DNA from: Myxococcota bacterium
GTDB lineage: Bacteria > Myxococcota_A > UBA9160 > UBA6930
Direction of reading: 5' to 3'
Length of the DNA stretch: 64,000 nt
Assembly: GCA_965223415.1 (NCBI GenBank)
Contig: OZ245002.1
Span: 3,648,001-3,712,000, forward strand
Positions 47,322 to 55,457 of this stretch are shown piece by piece (the stretch's first letter is position 1; the number at the start of each line of letters is the position of its first letter). A program made the translations under genes and the position numbers. The notes under the pieces were generated by a model, which searched no databases, had not been told where the DNA came from, and saw only the letters and a program-made list of their open reading frames with translations.

Positions 47322-48993
47322 CCGGCGTCACGAGGGCGGGTCCGCGGTCGTGGCCGGCGGCTCGGCGGGCCCGCGCCAGCAGCTCCTGCACCTCGCCGGT
47401 CTGGGCCGGGCCAGCGTGGCGGCGCGCCTCCTCCAGGGATTCCACGGCCCGGCCGGGCTCGCCCAGCTCGATCCACACCTGCCCCAGCTGCAGAAGGGCC
47501 GTTACCTGGGCCGGGTCGAGGGCGATGGCCTCCTGGAGCGACTCGGCCGCCGTCTGCCAGGCGCCGCGCCGGGCCTGGACCTGCCCGAGCGCCGTCCAGC
47601 TCACGGCGGTCGGGAACTGGGCGACGCTCTCCTCGAGCCGGGCCTCGGCGGCGATGAGATCGCCCCGTTCGGCGAGCATCAATCCCAACCCGAGGGGCAC
47701 GTCCGGGTTTTCGAGACCGATCCAGCGCAGCCGGCGTTCGGCGGTCTCGAGGCGGTCGAAGTCCTTCCGGGCGAGCGGCCGCCGCACGCCGACCTCGGTC
47801 TCGATGTTCTGGGCCACGACCTGCAGTGCGCAGAGTCCTCCCAGGCCCCAGACCAGGGCGCGTCGCCAGCGGAAGCCCGGCCCTCCGAGCGGCTCGGCCT
47901 TCGGTGGCTCCGGTGCGCGCAGGAGCACCTGGGCGACGGCGCCGTCGCGCAGCTTCCAGATCGCCCCGTCGAGCACGAAGTGGTGCAGGTTGACGGCCGT
48001 GTTCACCAGGATGAACAGTCCGTGGTCGTAGGGCACCCGCGCGAGTCCGAAGGTGGCGAAGAGCAGGGTCGGCACGCCGTACAGCGCCGCGCCGGCCACG
48101 AGCGTGCGGGGCAGGTAGCTCCAGCTGGAGCCCGTCTCGCTCTTCGCGTAGTAGCTGCAGATCCACAGGTACTGGGCGGAGTGGGCGAAGATCACCCACC
48201 AGAACGCGTATACGGCGTCGCTGTGGGCAAAGGCCACGCTGGTGTCGAAGAGTCCGGTGCCGCGCGCCACGACGGGGGCGGTGAACCAGAGCGCCTGGCT
48301 CGCGACCAGCACTGCGCTGGGGAGCAGGTCCCTCGGAGAGGCCACACGCAGCAGGGACGCGAATGCCACCACGAGACACCCCAGGTAGGCGACGAACACG
48401 AGGGACGCGATCTGGCCGGCCGGCCCCGGCGGAAGGCCGAGGGACAGGAAGTCGACCTGGGTACCGCCGGCGGCCACCGGGGCCGGCGCGTAGCCGGCGC
48501 TCCCGCCCGAGCCCACGTGCATGGCCAGGAAGGCCAGCACGAAGGAGAGCAGGAAGGAGCCGTACAGGGCGCGGCGCGCGAGGGGCGAAGCCTCGACGCC
48601 CCGTCGACGCAGGAACATGGAGGCCAGGCCGTAGTTCTGCCCCGCGTAGTGCCAGGGGCTCCAGGTGAGGAAGATCGTGTACAGCCAGGAGCCCACCGTC
48701 GACTGGTAGAGCCCGACGACGAAGAGCCCCCAGATCGCCACCGTGACCCACACGGCGAAGAAGGCGTAGCGGTGGCGGTCCTCGCGGCGGTCGTAGACGC
48801 GAAGCAGCGTGGCCCCGTAGTGCGGCACCGCCAACAGCAGGCTGCCGAGCGGAAGGAAGCCGAGCGGAACCGCAGCCTTGAGCTGGTCGCCTGCGAGGAA
48901 GAGCAGGGCGAAGACGCCGAAGTAGAGGACGCCACAGCCGAGCAGCAGGTCCGACCACGGTCCGTACAGCCAGCGACGATCAGCCTGCGCCAT
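47308..48993 (-). CDS. Polytopic membrane protein with His motifs and C-terminal TPRs
   Basis: About 10 TM segments; PHYGAT, WHYAGQ, HSAQY and HHFVLDG motifs; TPRs at the C-terminus. Confidence 0.8.
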   Translation of the reverse strand: MAQADRRWLYGPWSDLLLGCGVLYFGVFALLFLAGDQLKAAVPLGFLPLGSLLLAVPHYGATLLRVYDRREDRHRYAFFAVWVTVAIWGLFVVGLYQSTVGSWLYTIFLTWSPWHYAGQNYGLASMFLRRRGVEASPLARRALYGSFLLSFVLAFLAMHVGSGGSAGYAPAPVAAGGTQVDFLSLGLPPGPAGQIASLVFVAYLGCLVVAFASLLRVASPRDLLPSAVLVASQALWFTAPVVARGTGLFDTSVAFAHSDAVYAFWWVIFAHSAQYLWICSYYAKSETGSSWSYLPRTLVAGAALYGVPTLLFATFGLARVPYDHGLFILVNTAVNLHHFVLDGAIWKLRDGAVAQVLLRAPEPPKAEPLGGPGFRWRRALVWGLGGLCALQVVAQNIETEVGVRRPLARKDFDRLETAERRLRWIGLENPDVPLGLGLMLAERGDLIAAEARLEESVAQFPTAVSWTALGQVQARRGAWQTAAESLQEAIALDPAQVTALLQLGQVWIELGEPGRAVESLEEARRHAGPAQTGEVQELLARARRAAGHDRGPALVTPDGGG

Positions 48994-49051
48994 CGGACGA
49001 GTCTACGCGCCGCAAAGGTCGCTCTCAAGCGACGGCCCGGCCGCCCATCGG

Positions 49052-49303
49052 TCAGGCCGGGCGTTCGAGCCCATCGGTCAGCACCATGCTCATCGCCACC
49101 GCCGTCGACGAGGTGAGGCCGCCGAGGGCCGCAGGCCCGCGCGCGAGCCGAGCCGATGGTGCGCGGGTCGAGCGCCTGCCACGGACCGAGCTGACGGTCC
49201 GGAAAGAACGGCAGCGACTCGCGGCCCTCCCACCCGCGCTCGAAGCCGATGATTCCGCCGAGGGCCAGGGCCAGGCCCAAATCGATCGCGACGGACAGTC
49301 CAT
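49052..49303 (-). pseudogene. MgtC/SapB-DUF4010 gene remnant
   Basis: After ATG GAC a frameshifted segment reads LSVAIDLGLALALGGIIGFERGW (MgtC N-terminus). The ATG frame later reads LGGLTSSTAVAMSM (DUF4010-like motif). Total length only ~250 nt. Confidence 0.65.
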
Positions 49304-49314
49304 GGGTGGACCCG

Positions 49315-51495
49315 TCAGGGTGCCACGGGCTCCGCGCCGGCCCGGGGCAGGGCGAAGGCGAGGTAGTGGCTGCCGGACGGACGGTCGAGCTTGCCGCCTC
49401 CCGCCGCGATGACGACGAACTGGCGGCCGTCCGCTTCATAGGTGGCGGGAGTGGCGAAGCCGGAGGCCGGCAGCTCCGCCTCCCAGAGCAGCTCACCCGT
49501 CGTCTTCTCGAAGGCGCGGATGCGCTCGTCCGGCGTGGCCGCGATGAAGAGCAGGCCGCCCGCGGTGACGACGGGCCCGCCGTAGCTCTCGGCGCCGAGC
49601 CCGGAAAGCCCGAGCTCCCGGGCCTTCGCGTAGTCGCCGAGGGGGATCTGCCAGCGGATCTCCCCGGTGGCGAGATCGATGGCCGAGAGCGTGCCCCAGG
49701 GCGGCTTCACGCCGGGCAGCCCGTCCGGGTCGACGAGCTTCTGGTAGCCGGCGTTGCCGAAGCGCAGCGAGTCCCCCGCGCGGCGCGCCCAGTTCGAGGG
49801 CACGTCCTCCTCCTCCGCCGTGTACACCCACCAGGCGATGGCGGCGTTCTGCCACCACTCGAAGCGGCCACCCAGCCCGGGCATGCGGCCGCGCCCGTCG
49901 CGGACCAACCGGTAGAGATCGAGGAAGCCCATGCGCTCGTCGATCCCGAGGAGCGACGGCACCGACGTGCCGTCGCCCCGCATGTCGATGCCGTGGCACG
50001 AGGCGCAGCCGAACAGGTAGCCCTGGGCCATCTGGTCGCGGACGCCGTCGCTCTCCTCGGGGAGCCGTAGCATGCGCATCAGCCATGGGATGTCGTTGGC
50101 GTTGACGAAGAGGAGGCCCGTCTCCGCGTCCCAGGCACCGCCACCCCACTCGGCGCCGCCGTCGAGGCCGGGAAACGCGATCGCGCCCTCGATACCGAGG
50201 GGGGTATAGAGCGGGCCGTAGCGCACGCCCTCGAGCTTGGCCTCCACCCAGGCCCTCGCCTCGGGGCTGCGATCCGTGATGCTTTCCAGGGAGAAGTGCT
50301 GGCGCACGACGGGGGGAGGGCGGGTCGGCAGGGGTTGGCTCGCTGCCGCCAGGTCGCCGGGCAGCACCGGGCCCTGGACGGGCTCCTCGCGCAGGGGGAA
50401 GAGGGGCTCGCCGGTCTCGCGGTGGAAGAGGAAGGTGTCGCCGGTCTTCGTCAGCTGGGCCACCGCGGGGACGCGCTCGCCGTCCCGGCTGATCTCCACC
50501 AGGTTCGGGGGCGAGGGCAGGTCCCGGTCCCACAGGTCGTGGCGCACGACCTGGAAGTGCCAGCGCCGCTCCCCGGTGCGCGCGTCGAGAGCGAGCAGGG
50601 TGTTGGCGTAGAGGTTGTCGCCGAGCCGGGCGCTGCCGTGGAAGTCCGGCGTGGCGGAGCCGGTGGGGACGAAGGCCAGGCCGCGCTCTACGTCGATGCT
50701 GACCCCCGCCCAGGCGTTGGCGCCGCCAGCGGTCTGCCAGGCGTCGTCGGGCCACGTCTCGTGGCCGGGCTCGCCGGGCCGGGGGATCGTGTGGAAGATC
50801 CAGCGCATCTCGCCCGTGCGCACGTCGTAGGCCCGCACGTGACCCGGCGCGGCGCCTTCACCCTCGTTCACGCGCCCGCCCAGGAGGATCAGGTTCTCGA
50901 ACACGGTGCCCGGGGTATTGGCGAGTACGCCCATCATGTCGTCGGAGACGTCCCGGCCCAGCCCCTCGCGCAGGTCGATGCGTCCACCGTCGCCGAAGCC
51001 GGGGATCGGCCGGCCCGTTCGGGCGTCCACCGCGTAGACGTACGGGCCCGCGCCGAGGAGCAGGCGCTCGTCCCCACCGTCCTCCCAGTAGACGGCGCCG
51101 CGGCTCACGGTGAAGAGCGGGTTCACGTCCTCCGGCTGGAAGCTCCATAGCTCTTCGCCCGTGGCGGCGTCGAGGGCGAAGTGCCGCAGCGTCGGCGAGG
51201 CGCCGTAGAGCACCCCCTTCACCACGAGCGGGTTGAACTGCATCTGGGTTCCGCCGCCCTCGGAGGCGTCGCCGGCGTCGTAGCTCCACGCCACCTCCAG
51301 GGAGGCGACGTTCGAGGGGTCGATCTGGTCGAGGGGCGAGTGGTGGGAGACGCCCCGGTCTCCCAGGTAGGTGCGCCACTCGCGCTCCGCGGCCGCACCG
51401 CGGGCGCGCGCCCGCTCGAAGGCGGCGCCCGGGTCCGGGGCGTCCGGCCCGCAGGCCAGCAGGCCGGCGACGACGAGGGCGAGGCGCCGGCTCAC
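49315..51495 (-). CDS. PQQ-dependent (glucose/quinate-type) dehydrogenase lipoprotein with inserted cytochrome c
   Basis: Lipobox LLAC; SPLDQI, GHVRAYD..TG..RW.F, VRHDLWDRD, GGAEWGG, PPWGTL; heme motif CASCH with distal GRMP. Confidence 0.9.
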   Translation of the reverse strand: MSRRLALVVAGLLACGPDAPDPGAAFERARARGAAAEREWRTYLGDRGVSHHSPLDQIDPSNVASLEVAWSYDAGDASEGGGTQMQFNPLVVKGVLYGASPTLRHFALDAATGEELWSFQPEDVNPLFTVSRGAVYWEDGGDERLLLGAGPYVYAVDARTGRPIPGFGDGGRIDLREGLGRDVSDDMMGVLANTPGTVFENLILLGGRVNEGEGAAPGHVRAYDVRTGEMRWIFHTIPRPGEPGHETWPDDAWQTAGGANAWAGVSIDVERGLAFVPTGSATPDFHGSARLGDNLYANTLLALDARTGERRWHFQVVRHDLWDRDLPSPPNLVEISRDGERVPAVAQLTKTGDTFLFHRETGEPLFPLREEPVQGPVLPGDLAAASQPLPTRPPPVVRQHFSLESITDRSPEARAWVEAKLEGVRYGPLYTPLGIEGAIAFPGLDGGAEWGGGAWDAETGLLFVNANDIPWLMRMLRLPEESDGVRDQMAQGYLFGCASCHGIDMRGDGTSVPSLLGIDERMGFLDLYRLVRDGRGRMPGLGGRFEWWQNAAIAWWVYTAEEEDVPSNWARRAGDSLRFGNAGYQKLVDPDGLPGVKPPWGTLSAIDLATGEIRWQIPLGDYAKARELGLSGLGAESYGGPVVTAGGLLFIAATPDERIRAFEKTTGELLWEAELPASGFATPATYEADGRQFVVIAAGGGKLDRPSGSHYLAFALPRAGAEPVAP

Positions 51496-53468
51496 GAGCC
51501 AGCGGGCTCGACCCAGATCGGCGAGGTCCAGGCGCGCTCCTGAAGGGTCGGCGTGTAGAAGGGCTCCGCCGCCGGATCCAGGCAGCACTTGCCGTAGACG
51601 TCGCCCTGGGCGCCCCGTGCCTGGGCGGCCGCCGTGGCCTCCGCCGCCTGGGCGGCGCAGTCCTCGGAGAACGGGTTCACGGCGGCGGCCTTGCACTGGA
51701 GCGTGCTCCAGCGGCAGGTGGGGTTCTCCAGCACCCGCAGGTAGTAGAAGGCGCTCTGGGTCGGATCGTGATCCGGGTCCTCCCAGACGGCGCACAGGCT
51801 CGCGGCGCCGGCCCCGACCGGAGCGCAGGTGTCGGGATCGACGCCGGCGCCGTTGTCGCCGCCGGCCACGTCGACGACGCGCTCGTGGGTGCGTCCCTTG
51901 CCGTCGATCCAACCCTTGACGACCTGCACGCGCTGGAGATCGGCGCCGATCGGGTCCTTGAGCGCGCTCACCAGGAAGCGCGGCGGTGTGTCGGAGGCGA
52001 AGCGTCCCCCCATCGGCACGCCCTGTCGGTAGGCGCGGGCGATGGTGTCCGGCGCGTCGCAGAGGTCGGCCTCGAGCGCGCTCCCCCCGAAGAAGCGCAC
52101 GACCGGGCGGGTGCCGCTGGTGGCGTAGGTCTCCTTGCGCCGCATGCCCTCGAAGATCGCGTCCCGGGAGTTCTCCTCCGCCCATACCACTGCGTGTCCT
52201 CCCGGGTTCGAGAAGAAGTGGTCTTGGACGTTGCGGTAGCCCGCGTCCCGCCGGCCCAGGTGTCCCGTGTAGTTGTCCTCCTCGGCGGCGCCGGGGGTGG
52301 CACTGTGGGTGTCGGTGCTGCCGATGAAGCCCATCACGAAGGGGTTGTTCCCGGTCGCGCGCTCGAGGGCGAGGCCGTCCTTCAGCACGTTGCGCACCAT
52401 GTTGCGCCGGTGAAACGCCTCGACGGGCACCGGCGCCGCCTGCTCGGTCCGCACCTCGCCGTGGACGGAGCCCAGCATGCTCAGGTTGTCCGCCACCACC
52501 TGCTCGAAATCGCAGAGCTCGTCCTCGGTGTCGACGCCCTGGCCGGCGAGTCGGTCGAAGCGGCACTCGGAGCTGGCCTTGTGCTGGGTCAGCTCGATCA
52601 CCGGCTCGAAGAAGATCCGGTTCGTCGCCTCCTCCGGCGTCTCGGGATCGCGGAACATCAGGCCCCCGGCCAGGTTCGGGTTGTGGGGGATGGCGAGCAC
52701 GTCGCAGCCCGTGCCCGCGTCGATGCACTCTTGCCGCAGCATCGTCCAGAGCTTCGGGAACTCGTAGGTGCCGGTGTCGTAGGCGGAGATCGGCCGGGCC
52801 GGCACCCGGTCGTTCCGGAAGATCACGTTGCGGTGCATGTTGAAGGCGTTGGGCGTGTCCGTGTACTCGTAGCCGACGAAGGAGGTAAAGCTGCACCGCG
52901 ACGTGCGGTCGTAGGCCGCCTCGGCCGCCTCCCGCAGCACGCCCCAGGCCTCCTCCGCCGCCGCGTCGCAATCCGAGAGGGTGCAGGCGAAGGACAGGCT
53001 CTTCTCCTCGGCCAGGGCGCCCAGCGACGTCCACCAGCTCGCCGCCAGGAGCTGGGTCCAGTAGTGGCCGGAGCGGGTCATGATGCAGTGGGGCCACCAG
53101 TAGCCGAGCTTGCCCGGGTCGATGGTGCAGACGTTGATCGGGCCCAGGAACTCGGCGTGGTCCGTCACCGAGGCGAAATCCAGGGGCCGCCCGATGCGCG
53201 CCTCGACCGTCGGCTCGCCGTCCGCGTCGGGCAGCAGGATGGCGTCGCCCTTCGCATAGCGGTAGGCGGCCGCCGGCTCGTTGCGCTGGCTCGAGATGTA
53301 GGAGTCGAAGGACAGGCTCGTGTGGACGTGGAGATCGCCGAACATCGGCCTGCGCAGCGGGTCGTGATCGGCGCAGGGCTCGCGCTCCTCGGTGCGCTCG
53401 AAGGCGGGCGATCCCACGGGCAGGAGGAGGAGAAGGGCGACGAGGAGAGCGCGGGTTCGTGCCGGCAT
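51492..53468 (-). CDS. DUF3604 family secreted protein (PHP-like)
   Basis: Signal peptide; FGDLHVHT, VTDHAE, GYEYT, HRNVIFR, IPHNPN, GSTDTH, ETYATSG, ERAWTSPIW. Confidence 0.88.
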   Translation of the reverse strand: MPARTRALLVALLLLLPVGSPAFERTEEREPCADHDPLRRPMFGDLHVHTSLSFDSYISSQRNEPAAAYRYAKGDAILLPDADGEPTVEARIGRPLDFASVTDHAEFLGPINVCTIDPGKLGYWWPHCIMTRSGHYWTQLLAASWWTSLGALAEEKSLSFACTLSDCDAAAEEAWGVLREAAEAAYDRTSRCSFTSFVGYEYTDTPNAFNMHRNVIFRNDRVPARPISAYDTGTYEFPKLWTMLRQECIDAGTGCDVLAIPHNPNLAGGLMFRDPETPEEATNRIFFEPVIELTQHKASSECRFDRLAGQGVDTEDELCDFEQVVADNLSMLGSVHGEVRTEQAAPVPVEAFHRRNMVRNVLKDGLALERATGNNPFVMGFIGSTDTHSATPGAAEEDNYTGHLGRRDAGYRNVQDHFFSNPGGHAVVWAEENSRDAIFEGMRRKETYATSGTRPVVRFFGGSALEADLCDAPDTIARAYRQGVPMGGRFASDTPPRFLVSALKDPIGADLQRVQVVKGWIDGKGRTHERVVDVAGGDNGAGVDPDTCAPVGAGAASLCAVWEDPDHDPTQSAFYYLRVLENPTCRWSTLQCKAAAVNPFSEDCAAQAAEATAAAQARGAQGDVYGKCCLDPAAEPFYTPTLQERAWTSPIWVEPAGS

Positions 53469-53532
53469 GGGGCCATCCTGCCATCGGTGGCGCGGGGATG
53501 CACGGCTCCCCGGAAGGCCCCATGCTCCTGCC

Positions 53533-54375
53533 ATGACGCGAGAGCACGACGGGGAGGGCTTCCCGGAGCGCTACGGCCGTTGGGCCGTGATCGCCGGGGG
53601 CTCGGACGGGATCGGCGCGGCCTTCGCCGCCGAGGCGGCGCGCCGCGGCCTGGACGTGGCCGTGGTCGGGCGCCGCGAGGACGTGCTCGAGGCCAAGGCC
53701 GCGGAGCTGGCGGACACCCACGGCGTGGACACCCGTGCCATCCGGGCGGATCTCACCTCGGCCGAGGGGCTCGAACGGGTCGCCCGCGGCACCGCCGAGC
53801 TCGACGTGGGCCTCTTCGTCTACAACGCCGGCTCCAGCACGGTGTCCTCGAAGCTCCTCGACCTGCCCGTCGAGGAGCACCTCGCCATGCTGCACCGGAA
53901 CTGCGGTGGCCCCCTCGTGCTGGGCCACCACTTCGGCGCGCGCTTGCGGGCCCGGGGCCGCGGCGGCCTCGTGCTGATGTCCTCCGTGGCCGCCCTCGGC
54001 GGCAGCTCCTACCAGGCCCTGTACTGCGCCACCAAGGCCTTCGACACCATCCTCGCGGAGGGCCTCTGGCACGAGCTGGCGCCGGAGGGGGTGGACGTGG
54101 TGGGCGTGCTGGCGGGCCCCACCCGCACCGAGACGATGCTCCGCACCGGGGAACGCTTTGAGGATGCGATGGATCCGGCCGAGGTGGCGACCGGGGCCCT
54201 CGACCATCTCGGCAGGGGGCCGACCTTCGTGCCCGGCGAGGCAAACCAGGCCGCCGTGCGCGGCATGTGGCCGGTGCCGCGGGTGCCGCTCGTCAACGGC
54301 ATGAGCCAGGCCTGCGCGGATCTCTTCGACCTGCCGTTCACGCCGGTGGAGGGCCGCGAGTTCCATGGCGGATGA
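53533..54375 (+). CDS. Short-chain dehydrogenase/reductase
   Basis: IAGGSDGIG, YNAG, YCATK. Confidence 0.9.
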   Translation: MTREHDGEGFPERYGRWAVIAGGSDGIGAAFAAEAARRGLDVAVVGRREDVLEAKAAELADTHGVDTRAIRADLTSAEGLERVARGTAELDVGLFVYNAGSSTVSSKLLDLPVEEHLAMLHRNCGGPLVLGHHFGARLRARGRGGLVLMSSVAALGGSSYQALYCATKAFDTILAEGLWHELAPEGVDVVGVLAGPTRTETMLRTGERFEDAMDPAEVATGALDHLGRGPTFVPGEANQAAVRGMWPVPRVPLVNGMSQACADLFDLPFTPVEGREFHGG

Positions 54376-55186
54376 TCGCATCGACGGCGACCGCTACGCG
54401 GTCGGTGAAGCCGAGCGGAAGCACTTCCGGGAGCGCGGCTACGTGCACCTGCGCCGCCTCCTCAGCGAGGTCGAAGTCGCGGAGCTCGAGATCACCTACG
54501 ACCGCTTCCTGCGGCGGGAGATCGAGGTGCCCGGCAAGGACTACTGCGACATGGCCGGCGACTACGGTCGCGCACCGGAGGACTTCTCGATCGTCAACGT
54601 CATGCTGCCGCGGCGCTACCACCCGCCCTGGCGGGGCAACGTGTTCGAGCGTCGGGCCGCCTCGGTGGCGGCGCAGCTGTGCGGAGAGGGAATGGCGATC
54701 GACTACGATCAGCTCCTCGCCAAGCAGCCGTTCAAGGAGGACGCGGTCTTCGCCTGGCACCAGGACCAGGCCTACTGGCCCGAGACCCCCGACACCCGCA
54801 CCGCCACCTTGTGGCTGGCCATCGACGACTCGACCCTCGCCAACGGCTGCATGCGCTTCGTGCCCTCGACGGCGAAGGAGCCCGAGCTGCGTCCCCATCG
54901 TCCGCTCCATGGGGACCGGGGCACGTCCCACGCCTTGGGCACCGAGCTGCGCCCGGACGACGAGGTGGTGGCGGTGCCCATCGTCCGCGGCGACGTGACC
55001 GTCCACGGCGAGCGCGTGCTGCACGGCTCCGGCGGCAACACCACAGCGGGCTTCCGCCGCGCCTACGTGCTGGCCTTCCGGGCCGCGGAGACCGTGGCGA
55101 CCGAGCGCCGGCTCGGCTTCACGCACAGCCACAACGACGCCGGGGAGGTGCTCGACGCCGTGGGCGTGGAGGGCGAGAGCCGCTAG
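54365..55186 (+). CDS. Phytanoyl-CoA dioxygenase (PhyH) family oxygenase
   Basis: WHQDQAYW, WLAIDD..LANGC, VLHGSGGN, RRAY. Confidence 0.9.
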   Translation: MADDRIDGDRYAVGEAERKHFRERGYVHLRRLLSEVEVAELEITYDRFLRREIEVPGKDYCDMAGDYGRAPEDFSIVNVMLPRRYHPPWRGNVFERRAASVAAQLCGEGMAIDYDQLLAKQPFKEDAVFAWHQDQAYWPETPDTRTATLWLAIDDSTLANGCMRFVPSTAKEPELRPHRPLHGDRGTSHALGTELRPDDEVVAVPIVRGDVTVHGERVLHGSGGNTTAGFRRAYVLAFRAAETVATERRLGFTHSHNDAGEVLDAVGVEGESR

Positions 55187-55194
55187 CCACCCGG

Positions 55195-55222
55195 GGAGAT
55201 CGGGGGCCGCGCCCCGATCTCC
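55195..55222. terminator. GC-rich hairpin between the convergent phyH and tRNA-Pro (putative terminator)
   Basis: GGAGATCGGGG/CCCCGATCTCC perfect 11-bp stem with a 6-nt loop; no clear U-tract. Confidence 0.5.
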
Positions 55223-55279
55223 TACAACCCATCGGAATCGCAACGGATTCCCGGGCCTTGGCGGGGAGGGGAGCCCAGC

Positions 55280-55356
<77 letters not shown>

Positions 55357-55457
55357 ACCGACGGGCTCTGCCGCCGGCGAAATATGACGCCTGAGGGGGC
55401 GCTCCACAAGCGGGCCCCAAGGCGGGCGGGCCGCCCTATCATGGGCCGCCGCCCGCC

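Noticed and set aside
49315..54381. Apparent 1688-aa giant protein (similarly 13540-17886, 21514-24882, 299-2191)
   Set aside because: Only the C-terminal part is a real gene. The upstream part is an open shadow frame over neighbouring genes, so these are not fusions.
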